A stretch of DNA of 61,993 bases, filler included, from Choristocarpus tenellus KU-1152 (Eukaryota > Protista > Phaeophyceae), in assembly GCA_964200185.2 (NCBI GenBank). It is 14 parts of 14 records of this genome, joined end to end, with 100 filler letters (N's around TTAATTAATTAA, not from the genome) between each part and the next. Parts side by side here need not be neighbours in the genome. Positions count along the whole stretch, not along the records: positions 36,632 to 40,641 come from CAXNAD020016685.1; positions 40,742 to 43,311 come from CAXNAD020026687.1; positions 43,412 to 47,351 come from CAXNAD020017029.1; positions 47,452 to 50,681 come from CAXNAD020021389.1; 10 more parts are not named here. The stretch is one strand, 5' to 3'. The notes below the pieces were generated by a model. That model made no database searches, was not told the DNA's origin, and saw only the letters and a list, made by a program, of their open reading frames with translations. Positions 36,632 to 48,353 of this stretch are shown in pieces. Every line of letters starts with the position of its first letter. Position 1 is the stretch's first letter. Position numbers and translations under genes: made by a program.

Positions 36632-37200
36632 GGTTGGAGGGGTCCTCAGTGGGGTGCAGGTACACACCTTGCCCATCTTTGAGGATGTAAAACTACTTCT
36701 CGTCCACATGCGCCCAGTCATATAAATAGTTCACCAATACCCCACTTCCCTCCTGATGACGAAACCCACCTTGTCGATTTTCTGCTAGTCTGAGAGGACT
36801 GGTTTAATCCACCGCTTGACCTTCACCTTCTCGCGCTTGTACATATCCTACAAAGAGGCAAGAGAGGCCTGAGCTTTGGATGCCCATTTGCGGAAGGATG
36901 TGCGGTGTATCAATGAGACATCCCAAACGTCGAGGATACTTGTATGGCGGCCACATTCCCCCTTGTTATGTCCTACAAGGTCAATACGTTGATCTCGTAT
37001 GATCTGACTGTCAAACTCCTTCACATGACGGAACAAGATGATTTGGGAAATTCCGAAGTCCTCTGTGATGACGCAGCTGTCCCCCTAGGACTTTTATCAC
37101 GTGGGTCGTTCCTGCCCAAGAATGGACCACTTCCCAAAGTTATGTTAGAATCAATTCCGAACGGAGGCCGCAGTTCTTAAGATCTAGGAATGTGCCTTTG
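36632..37200 (-). pseudogene. Mariner-like (plant DD39D-type) transposase pseudogene, N-terminal half
   Basis: KRWIKPVLSD*QKIDKVGF...AHVDEK*FYILKDGQGVYLHPTEDP matches 'IKP.LT..NK..R..F...HIDEKWFY.T....YL...E..P'. Trp codon mutated to TAG; truncated by the contig end. Confidence 0.8.
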
Positions 37201-38466
37201 TTGGAGGACAGCTTGTAACTAGTTCAATAATGGTAATGCTTCGCTCTAACAAGAAATCTTCAGTCTAACTACTGAACGTGCTACAACTAATATTAATCGT
37301 GCACCATAAACTCTAATGCTGAATAAATTTATGAAGTTTGGTGCATTGTTATTCGCCCCAGGTACTGTTCATACACCCAGAACTCATCCAAAGAAAACTT
37401 ACCACTACTACTGCTGCCCACTCCCCACACAACCTTTGCACTTACTTACCCCCTGCCACCTCTCTCTCTCTCTTCATCAAAATTGAAGTCAAAGTAGAGG
37501 ACTGACATGAAGAAATTTCCTAATATTTTTGTGATCTGCATGTTTTCCCTTCCCTTCTACGTGATCCCCACTACAGTGTACAAGATTTTTAGAAAAATAA
37601 TGTAATGATAACTCTTCTCTGGTCTTCCATCAGCCTGAAGATGACTGACCCACCAACACAGAATGAATGCAATACAACTGCAAGCCACCATCTTCGTGTA
37701 GTACTACTAAAACAGGACGATAAAATAGTTCAGCACAACCATGTGGAGCAAAAACGCAGGGTCCAACGCACCACTCAAACTACAGCTCGATCCTAGACAT
37801 GGCGCTTCGTTTTTTTCGTTGCTTTATTGGCTCCATGGAGCATGCAGCGTGAAAGGCCAACCTGTGTGGTCAGAATATTTTACTTTTTTACACCAACCAT
37901 ACCGAATACCAACATGAAACACAGAACCTAGATGCACACGGGGAGGCCTTGCTGACTCCCCTTTAGCATGAAGGCCCATCTAGTCTTTATCCGCAGAATG
38001 TAGTGGGTCTTTGTTCTGCATTGTGTTGACGCGAGTCAACCCATTGCAGTACTTCTTTGTCACATGACTCTTGCTGTGTCCGACAGTAGAGCGCACTGTA
38101 CATTCTAGCGGATCAAGCTCCTGTTTCAGGCAAGAGAAAAATACCCCAGTTGCTCTGAGGCTGAGTACATGTCCTTGCAAGTTTCTTCTCGTGATCATAC
38201 AGATATTGAGCCAAAGAATTTGAGGGCTAGGCAGGGTTGAATTTTAAGGATCCCAAGAAATGGCGAAAATGTGACATCTTGTAGCATTGGAGAAGAGCCC
38301 TGTTCGCAGGAGATGCTTTGAACTACTGTACACACCAAATGTTGTTATTAGTACACAAGAAGAATTAATTACGTACGTAGCAAGACAATGTGTGCAAGAA
38401 AGTAGATTAGTGATGTTGAAGAAACGTTTTAGGAAATGTTTCAATGGGTGGTTGACCGCAAATGTT

Positions 38467-38644
38467 GACTCAAAGTATCTGGGGTGGACGGCGACTGTCT
38501 ATTTGGGGTCAATTTTTTTATGTCGCGATTTTTGTGTGATTTGGTTGCATACGTCGGATGGATAATATAAGTGCAATTTTCCTGGTTATGGTCCAAATGG
38601 ACACCCTGGTGTAGACGCCCCCCCCCTCCCAGATACTTTGCGTC
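38467..38644. mobile_element. MITE family B, TSD GTT
   Basis: GACTCAAAGTATCTGG ... CCAGATACTTTGCGTC, flanked by GTT/GTT. Confidence 0.87.
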
Positions 38645-38895
38645 GTTCCTACTATGGTGATACACTGAATTGCGTGAAAGCATGATTATGGAGACTAGGA
38701 ACTAGCCCCCCCTTATGGATAGGTCTCACTCTTCGCTGTAACTTATAAAGCACATTCTACATGCATATCTTCTTGGTAAAGCACCACGCTCTTTGGGAGC
38801 GTCCGAATAAGCCTTTGCTGCATTTGGGTGTTATACTGTGTGTGTAGAAAAGGGAAATATCAATTTCATGTACACTATTGTACGTAAAGAAATGA

Positions 38896-39156
38896 GTGTG
38901 CAAGCATCTCAGAGGGTACGAGTTTTGCCCTGTTTGTCTCTTTGGGGCTTGGCTTCCCACGGGTTTTCTATGATATTTTCCTACTACTCCGAAACATTTC
39001 GGAGAAGGTCAAATGTGCAAGTTAACAAAAGATGTGCCCGGAACAAGGATATGGACACTTCCTAACAAACACGATACCCAAAATTACAACAAAATCGGAA
39101 CATTGGGTTTTGGCCCCCAAACGGACACGGCTCTACCCTCTAAGATACTTTGACTC
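38896..39156. mobile_element. MITE family A, TSD TGA
   Basis: Degenerate left TIR GTGTGCAAGCATCTCAGAGGGTA, right TIR TACCCTCTAAGATACTTTGACTC, flanked by TGA/TGA. Confidence 0.85.
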
Positions 39157-40225
39157 TGATATAGGTTGTATTGCATAGGGTAACAAAGATGGTTTAAAAT
39201 GAAAAGGAGACCAAATTTGCCTGCCTCTCAATTCCTTTGGCTCATTGTAGCTCTTGTTTGATATTCAACCTTTCCTCCTGCTGAGAAGCTCGTTTTCTCA
39301 CACTTTATCAACGAATGTAGCCAAAGGCCTTCGGCTTAGATTGTCAAGAACAAAGAGAGGTGAGATGTTGATCACGAAACTACAACTGACTCCCTAGACT
39401 CTAACAGAGAGCTAACGCACACCTTTGTGGGTGAGAAGGGCCTCGTAGAAGGACAGATACTTTCCAATTTGCGTGGGAAATAGTCACAGCAATATGATGG
39501 CTCGATTTCTTCATTAGTCTTGCTGATAAATTGAAAGACTTATGGACCTATCTCATGCTACACAACGTCCAATGCCCAACATGTCGGTGACATGTGAGTG
39601 CCGTCAAAGTTGGTGGAAGGAGCAGACTTTGCTGGTGCTGCACTGTGATTAGACGCTGCTGCTCTGTTCCTTCATGCATCACTCTGAGAGGACCCCCCCC
39701 TCAAAGGGAGAACACTCACCGTTTGTCATGTTTTCATGTGCTTGTCACCAGGGTTTCCGCTCTCAAGTCTATGAGAGAGGCACAGCAAAGCATGCAATAT
39801 GTCTACTGCTAGGTTATGAATTCCCACACATCTCCTCCTTTGAAGCTTAACACTTGTCCACGCCAACCCTCTGCCCACCCCCATTTTGCCCACAACAACA
39901 ACGCCTCACGTTTACTCCAACCATGGGTTTTCATGGGGCATCAAGGCCTTTTCAGCTTCCAAAGCTGGTTGAACCTTCTCCAGAAAGCCAATGGTTTGTG
40001 AGGACGAAGGTATTCACTGTGTGCAAGACCCGCCTCAAGGATATCCCCTTGACACATCCAATTTAATCGAATTAGGGCATCTGTTGAAGGTGTTAATTCC
40101 CCAGTTGCCAGGTCTCGTTTCAGTATCCGTGAAAAGAGAGAGCCATACCTGCTTCAGGCAAAGTTTAATGTTTCCTTCCCACCCAAAGAGGAGTAGTTAC
40201 ATGGAGAAAATGCCTAGAAGTATAT

Positions 40226-40641
40226 GAGTGAAAGTATCTTAGAGGGTATAAGTTTTGCCCTGTTTGTCCGTTTGGGGCTTGGCTTCCCACTGGTTTTTTT
40301 ATGACATCTTCCTACAATGAAGTGTTTCAGAGTTGGTAAGATGTGTACGTTACAAAAAGATGTGTCCAGAACAAGGATATTGACACACCCTAACAAACAC
40401 GATAGCCAAAATGGCTCAAAGTATCTGAGGGGAGGGTGGCGCCTGTCCATTTGGGGCAATTTTCTTATATCGCGATTTTTGGGTGATTTGGTTACATACG
40501 TCGGATGGATAATGTAAGAGCACTTTTCCTGGTTATGACCCAAATGGACACCCTAGTGCAGACCCTCCCCCCACACCAGATACGTTGTTGGGTCAATTAC
40601 ATCAAAATCGCAAAATTGGATTTTGGTCCCCAAATGGACGG
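40226..40641. mobile_element. MITE A (truncated by contig end) with MITE B nested at 40413-40594 (TSD AAT)
   Basis: Family A sequence resumes exactly after the B copy (GATAGCCAAAAT|B|AATTACATCAAAATCGC). Confidence 0.87.
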
Positions 40642-41357
40642 NNNNNNNNNNNNNNNNNNNNNNNNNNNNNNNNNNNNNNNNNNNNTTAATTAATTAANNN
40701 NNNNNNNNNNNNNNNNNNNNNNNNNNNNNNNNNNNNNNNNNAAAAAAAACAAAAACCTCTCCATATATCACCTTTTTTTTCTAAAGATAAAAAAAAAAAA
40801 AATAAAAGGTTCCCCTCCCCCCCCCCCCCCCCCCCCAAAAAAAAAAAGAAAGAAAGAAAGAAAAGACCTTACTGATCGAACATCAGTAAAGGGTTGCTAT
40901 TAACAATACCGGTTATCACATATATCAGAGGCGTTCTTACCACACCAACAACAAATATATATCAATATATATATATATTTATATATATATTTATATATAT
41001 TCCCACAAGGATTTTCCGCATATCCACATACCATAGAGAAACATATATCAACATTATTACATACATCAGAGTGTCTTAAGCTGGCAGGCACTCAGCAGGA
41101 AAGAGGTAATACAGTACAGTTAGTCATAGAGAAACAGTCAGTCAGTAGTCAGTAGCTAACATGAGAGGTAGTGCAGTCAGTGCGTAGTGCCTCTGACCAT
41201 GGGTGAACACGATTTCCGGAACAATACGACGTGAAAGACCACAATGAGAAAATAAATAAAAAAAAGGCAACATGAACAGAAAAAAAAAGAAGTTAGATTT
41301 AGTTTTTAATTTTTTTCTTAACAAACCAATGGGGCGGCACTCGACAAATCATGGCGT

Positions 41358-41446
41358 TAGACATCTAACACACCATAGACATCTAACACACCATAGACAT
41401 CTCACACACCATAGACATCTCACACACCATAGACATCTAACACACC
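41358..41446. repeat. 18-bp tandem repeat (AGACATCTMACACACCAT x5)
   Basis: Directly visible head-to-tail copies. Confidence 0.92.
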
Positions 41447-41504
41447 TGTTTACATTCGCATTTGATGGTGGGGAATTCAGCGGCCTCCACCACTTCATCG
41501 CATT

Positions 41505-41755
41505 AATATTTGATTCATTCAGACACACAATCATTGGTTCTATCACTTAATCATTCATTCATTCCGACACACAATCATTGATTCTATAATTAATTAATTC
41601 AAACACACAACCGTTGATTCTATGACTTAATCATTGATTAATTCAATTACACAATCATTGATTCATTCAATTACACAATCATTGATTCTATCCCTAAATC
41701 ATTCGTTCATTCAATTGGACAATCATTGATTCAATCACTTAATAATTAATTCATA
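41505..41755. repeat. Degenerate AT-rich tandem repeat with ACACAATCATTGATTC core
   Basis: Core recurs about 6 times at 20-45-bp spacing. Confidence 0.75.
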
Positions 41756-43478
41756 CAAAATATTGTCAATAATGTTGAACAGACTTTTATTTCCCAACGA
41801 ACTGGCGATGACTTGCTTCTCATGGTGAAAAATAAAATAAAATAAAAACACTGCAAACCTCAAGAAAAGCATACGGTATTTTTTTTTAAGAAATATTATT
41901 CAAATAAAAAAAACATCACCATCAGCGAAGAAGCACTTCAAACACCTCATTAGGGTTAGGGTTCACAAACAAAACCGCTATTTTCGACGTCTTGAAAACG
42001 TTTTTAACCTAGAAAACAAAAAAAGTATTAAAAAAAAATTAAGGGTTAAGCGCTATTTTTTTATTTTGCTATTGAATAAAAAAAAAGAAGAGGTGGTGCA
42101 AAAATTCGAATCGCAAGACACACACACACACACACACACACACTTTCAAAATGGATCGTTAGAACGTTTCCCGAAGTTGCTCTATATTTATTATTTATAT
42201 TTATTTCTACATATATATATATATACATATTTATTTCTATTTATTATTTATTTCTATATATATTTGTCGAGTTGAACAACAACGGTTATTGATTATCTTC
42301 TATCGGGTTCGTTGGGTAGGGAAGGGGCACAGTCTTGTTCTCTTCTCCCGTTGTCAATTAAGTCAATCGGTCCGATAGGGGCAGCAACATCAAAACCTCG
42401 GACCCTGAATCAGAAACGTTTAAAATATAGGGGAGGCAATTTGCTTCGAACATGGCAGGTGGTCAATCCTCCAACAGCTGCCGAAATTCAACTCTGTAAA
42501 TAAAAAAATAATAATAATAAAAAAAAGGAGTAAATATATATTTTTCAAGCCCTGGCTGATTTTAGGTCAGGACACACACACACACATGTGTGCATGCACA
42601 CACGCATGCACACACATATATATACACATATAAACACACATATACACACACAGGCACAAACAGATAAACACACACATACACACATATACATAGACACACA
42701 CGTACACACACACATACACACACACATGCCCCCCCCCCAAAAAATGGCTCTTTATCAAAAACCATCCTACACACAATCAAACCCAATAATACTAATGGGC
42801 AGCAGCAACAATAACACAAACAATAGCAATAAAAATAGAAATAATAATAATAATAATAATAATAATAATCAAGAAGAACAGCAGCAGCAGTAGTACAACG
42901 CCCGTAAAACATCTAGGCAACTAAGAGAAGAGGTCGATCCTGTCCTTTTTGAGCTCAAAAGATATTTTCTAACCGCTTGTGCAACACAAAACGATGCCCA
43001 TGCCTGAAATGCAGGTAACACTCCGTACCGACGAAGGCGCACCGCCTGTACAAGAACAGAAAACTATCTTTGACCACACTGATAGCCAAAAGTATCCTCC
43101 ACAGTGCTCAAAAAAGACGACCATCCCGAGGCAGTCAAAACCTACAAGAAAGGCTCTCTTAGGCGGTATCACTCGAATATGTAACAGTGAAAATAACACA
43201 CACAAACACAGACACAAACACACACGCGCGCGCGCGCGTGGTGAAAAATATATAATTTTTAATTTAGATTTTTTTTTTTTTCGGGTAGTAGAATTTTACA
43301 ATTGAATCGTANNNNNNNNNNNNNNNNNNNNNNNNNNNNNNNNNNNNNNNNNNNNTTAATTAATTAANNNNNNNNNNNNNNNNNNNNNNNNNNNNNNNNN
43401 NNNNNNNNNNNTTTTTTTTTTTTTTTTGTTGTGGGCAGCGCCCCCGGCCCTCCTCTCTCCCCCCCCCCGTGCCGCGCG

Positions 43479-43538
<60 letters not shown>

Positions 43539-43549
43539 TCCGTAGTTAT

Positions 43550-44450
43550 GAAATGTTACAGGGTCTGCACAAGGTTGATTTCTGGGAGATGGAGATTGGG
43601 GGGAGTTGAGGGGGGGGAGGGGGGGGGGGGCAAGCAGAGTTATCCATGTGTGGGTCTGGTTGTGATTGGATGTGCTAGGCGTGAGCGTGACAAGGCGATG
43701 AAAAGGATTAGGGTAGTAAGGACAAGGTGAGGAGAGGGCGGAAGAGGAAGTGAGGAAGTGATAGAAATGACAGAGCTGATAGTCAACTTGTGAAGCTTTG
43801 TGCGTGTCATAGAGGGAGTGGGCACAAGGCCTGGGTAGGAGAGGTTGGTACAGTACCTTCAGCTCGTGCAAGATTCCCATGGGATAGGATTCAGCACGTG
43901 GCTAGCCCTGTGGTAAAGGGTTGGTGGAGCAAGAAGGGCTGTGATAGGTATCTCTGGAGAGGGCGATTTGTAGGATATCTGTTCACCCACATGAGATGCC
44001 ATGGGTATTGAGTTTCGATGAGTAGTTTAGCCTTTGTAAAGAGACATATAGTAAGGAGAGAGAGAGGAAGCAAGCAAGTGACTGTTGTTCGTGTGCTTGA
44101 AAATATGCTAGAGAGATGGCTAGTGGGTTAAAGAAGGGCTTTCGAGGTGGAATCAAGGCCGCCATGGGAAGAGTCATGTGCCAGGTAGAGAGAAGTCAAA
44201 AAGAATTATGACACACACACAAGAGGCCTATGCCCGCAGGAGGAAACACATTGTTTCGTTATAGTGAGCGATTCCTGCGCGTATATTTGGTCATGAACCA
44301 TGTTCCCTGAGCAGGCAGGATGGGCAATTGCGTGGCAAGAGCTGCGCTTTTGGGGGAGGGGGGGAGGGAGTGATAGCAGTGGGTAGCAGATGCAAAATAT
44401 CCCGTAGAAGATGTTGTGTGATCCTGAAACATCAATGCTCCTGGGCAAAG
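43550..44450 (-). pseudogene. Decayed LINE 3' region
   Basis: Weak: GNLARAEG..P...ALCP...PHFLF resembles the C-terminal zinc-knuckle region of LINE ORF2; many stops. Confidence 0.3.
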
Positions 44451-44849
44451 AGGCCCTTTTGCATGAATTGTCTTGACAACATGTTGACGGTTGCCGACAT
44501 TATAGTATACATCAATTGAATGGTCCTTTTTTTCTTTTTTTAATGATAGGCAACATCACTCACCCAGGGCATCGAAATGTGCATCAATCGAAAGATCAAA
44601 AGTTTTCTAATTGTCAAGAAATATATACATATATTTGTAATTTAAAAAAAATGTGTATTTCCCAACTTCAATCAATACAACCCCCCCCCCCATCCAAGTA
44701 GTCTTCACAAGTGTTCCAAAATACATTTCAATCTGAGGGTGTGACAAACAGCAAGGTACAACACTCGGACTCTTTGATGCAGTGACAAGGACCTCCCAAA
44801 AGCTATGTACAGGTGGGGGGGGGTCAAGACTAAACAACAGTGGGCCTAG

Positions 44850-46893
44850 TTATTGTAAGGAAGAGGCAAGTTCATGGAGAGCAAGATGCAGCTCCTGTCG
44901 ATAACCCTCGTCTATGCTTGAAGCCCCACCTACGCCCGTCCCTCCATACTGCTCCCCCAGTCTCTGCAAAAGCTCCCCAGTCCTGAGAGATGCAAAGTCC
45001 TTAACGCAAACATTTTTGAAGGACCTCACCACCTGTAGCACTTTCTCAAGAGCTGCTGGTTGGGATGCCTCTCCCACTGCATGGTGGGCTCGCCGACACC
45101 ATTCACCACTCCCCTCCCCCAAACCCAAGGGTGCCATCGCTCCCAGCGCTTGGCCTGAACCCTGAGCAGCTTCCTGTGAGAGATCAGAGAGCAGAACCAG
45201 GATCCTTGTCCGGAGAGTAGGGGTTGTGCCGTCAGCAGTGTACATACTGCTTAGGGCGGACTCACCCCTAAGGAGGCTAAAAATCAGCTGCACCTCAGGG
45301 CTGTTGCTGAGGCAGGAAGCCAGTGCAAACACAACCTTGGTCCTGAGGGTCGGTCCTGCCGCAGCAACAGCGTTTTCGAGAAGTAAGACAAGCGCTGATG
45401 GCTCGCCATGGGGACCCCCCTGGCAGAAAATGGGGCAGTATTTGTTTGTCACGTGGAATATGTGTTAGATGTTCGGTTATGGAAAGAGACCAAAGAATGT
45501 AAGAGGGAGGTACTGCTGAAGCTTAAGGGCCCCCTTGACTTTCTGGTGGAAGATACTTTTTTAGAGCACTCAGTCCATGGCTGTGGAATGCATTTCGGAG
45601 GTCTTGCAAGTGAATTCAGTTTTCAGAAAAGAGATAACCTTATCGACACCCCCTTTTCGAATTTCGCAATCCTCTTTTTTCCAAGGTTGAAAAAAATCCT
45701 TGATCTCAAAACGGTCACAAACACAAACCCCTCTCACTTCCGTTTACTCAAATTCAAAGTAATAGTCGCAACATAAGGGCACCCTTGAAGAGTACACGCT
45801 ACAGTAGGCTCCTTGTTTACATGATGTCGATATTGTCATATGAATTCATGGGATTTCCTGGAGGGCAAATACTCTCTATGAAGTAGAATCAAGAGTGTTT
45901 CTATCTTGGCAGTACATACTAGAGGTCACATTGCTATGTTGTGTACGGGTACCAATTAGAAAAAAAAAGAAAAGTGCACTGGAACGTGGCAGTCTCAAAG
46001 CAAAGAAGATAAGCTAACGTACACGCAAATGATCTAGGGCAAACATTTTGGGCATCCTTAAAGAAGCTAGGAATTCAAAGAGCTGAACCTATCTTTGGAA
46101 TACTTGTCAACAGGTGCTCACGACCTAGTTAGAAACATTGAAAACCTCTCTCCTCTTTGGTCACCTGGAGAACCCAAAGTTGGCTATCTAAGTCGTTTCT
46201 AACAGTTGTTCCGATCGCCCATGCCGCTTTCTCTCGTGTAGCCTCTGGCTTGTTCAGTTGCAACATTGACGTCAGGACTGGAAATCCTCCCATAGCATGA
46301 AAATCCTTTGCCATATCAATATCAGAGAGCACATCCTCGAGGTACACAAGTGCTTCTTCAACCTCAGACTGAGATGCGCTGGCATCTTGCAGCGTATCGA
46401 TGCGTGCACCGAGAACCTCCCCCGGTTTCGCCATTGCCTCATAGACCTCCTTGAGCTCCTCCTGGCGCCTAGTCCACAACACCTCAAGTTGTGGCAACCT
46501 GTACGAGAGTGGTGCAGTCCGCAGTGCGTCCACATCCAATCCCATTTCAAGCTGTTCGTCCGCAGGGAGTGCTGCCAACGCATCCAACATGCGATCTGCT
46601 CGAGCTTCTGCTGTGTCTTTTACGGGGTGGTCATCCAGCTCGGCGATAGACGCGGCAGCTTTCGGGTTCATATCAATAGGTTCATCTGCTCGAAATTCCA
46701 GGAATGCCAACCCATCTTCCAGTGACGCTGCCACATCTAAGATTGACCCTCCTCTGCTGACAGTTTCCTCCACCATGTTTTTGACAGTCTCTAGGACTAC
46801 GGTGAGATTTTCTCCCAACACGGGGCGGTGGCCAACGAGAGCAAAACATATGAAACAGAGAAGACACAGCACTAGGGGCTGTCCTCTAGTCAT
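44850..46893 (-). CDS. SIL1: SIL1/Fes1(HSPBP1)-like Hsp70 nucleotide exchange factor with signal peptide; two exons (46893-46165, 45419-44850), ~432 aa
   Basis: Hydrophobic N-terminus (LVLCLLCFICFALVG); EALVYLEDVLSDIDMAKDFHAMGGF...REKAAWAIGTTVRND..Q; RTKVVFALASCLSNSPEVQ (Fes1/ARM motifs); phase-0 GT-AG intron. Confidence 0.88.
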
Positions 46894-47249
46894 GACGAAT
46901 GACCTCCTAAGCCTAAGGATCAATGTACTGGTCCTTGCAGAACGTAGACCAAAAAAATTATTGAGGAAAAGTAGGGGCCCCACGTGGACCAACACAGACA
47001 TGCCGCGTATGTTTGAGAGAGAGAACACGACATGAAGAAACAAAAAAAAAGTTGCAATCTTTCTCGCTGAGTGGTGGGTGACATGATCCAAGACTGTTAT
47101 GTAACAATAATAGGGGAAAAGGAAGGGGATGTACAACACAACACGTGGTTCCACCAAGGTATATTCTATGTTTTTGGTGGGTTAATTAGTTTCGTGTAGT
47201 AGGTATGTACCCCATCGCTGCACGGGGAAGGGTGGATATGTGGAACTAT

Positions 47250-47351
47250 GGCTCGAAGTATCTGGGGGGGGGGGGGTTCTACACTACACCAGGGTGTCCA
47301 TTTGGACCCTGACCAGTAGAAGTGCACCTACATTATCAATCCGACGCATGC
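47250..47351. mobile_element. MITE family B, truncated by contig end
   Basis: GGCTCGAAGTATCTGGGG...CCAGGGTGTCCATTTGG..., homologous to the other B copies. A further degenerate copy lies at ~55660-55830. Confidence 0.8.
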
Positions 47352-48059
47352 NNNNNNNNNNNNNNNNNNNNNNNNNNNNNNNNNNNNNNNNNNNNTTAAT
47401 TAATTAANNNNNNNNNNNNNNNNNNNNNNNNNNNNNNNNNNNNNNNNNNNNTTATAAGGAGAGGAGGGCAAACGGGTTGTGGGGGGGAGGGGAGTTCAGC
47501 CGGTTCCCCCCCCCATCTGAAAAAAAGGGAACCCCCCCCCCCCCCCCCCCCCCCCCGCCCCCAGATACTTTGACCCTCATGTAGAGGCGACAAACCACTC
47601 GGCCTTACAAGGAGAAATGGCACGTAATGAAGTCATTGCAGGTGGGGGCGGGGGGCAGGGGGGAGAGAGATCCTGAATCTGTGAAAGACAAAAAACACAA
47701 AATTGCAGAAGAATTAAAAAAACTGGCTCTAAATGCAAAACGAGAAAAACCCTGGGGTACCTCTCTTGGTTTACTTTGTGACTCTCTTGACTGCAACAAC
47801 AACCTTTCTCATGCCTGTTCCAGAAATAGCTTTTCTTTAAAACATATTTTTTATTTTTTATTTTAACGGGATGAAAATAAAATAAAATAAATATATATAC
47901 AAAAGCAAAACAGATTCGAACGAAATTCAGCACGCTCAGAGTCTTGATTGAGGTATTAATGATTGATTATTAAAAGTGTGTGCTGCACAGAAGCAAAACG
48001 TCATAATCCAGCCTCATCGAGCTCCGAGTTTTTTATTCATTGAATCACCGTTGCTTCCA

Positions 48060-48320
48060 ACTACTACTACTACTACTATACCTATTTCTACTACTACTAC
48101 TATACCTATTACTACTACTACTCCTCCTCCTACCCCTACCCCTACTACTACTACCATTACTATATCTATTGTTACTTCTACTACTGCTACTAGTACCGTA
48201 TCTATTACTACTACTACTACTACTACCCCTACCCCTACTGCTACTATTACTATACCTATTACTACTACTACTTCTCCTACCCCTACCCCTACTACTAAGA
48301 CTACTATACCAAATTATTAT

Positions 48321-48353
<33 letters not shown>
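48060..48353. repeat. (ACT)n-derived degenerate microsatellite
   Basis: Directly visible; source of poly-T/L/S/Y ORFs. Confidence 0.92.

Noticed and set aside
36750-36772. CTGATGACGAAAC hammerhead-like core
   Set aside because: No stem II or flanking stems; lies inside the mariner coding remnant.
41358-41755. CRISPR-like array or His-rich (HHRHLT)n protein
   Set aside because: Simple tandem repeats without spacers; no splice or homology support for coding.
43479-43536. Long poly-G tracts as G-quadruplex elements
   Set aside because: They cluster at contig ends and their lengths are unreliable (possible sequencing/assembly artefact).
46894-47157. N-terminal 88 aa of the 342-aa ORF
   Set aside because: Upstream of the Met that begins a signal peptide; more likely 5' UTR.
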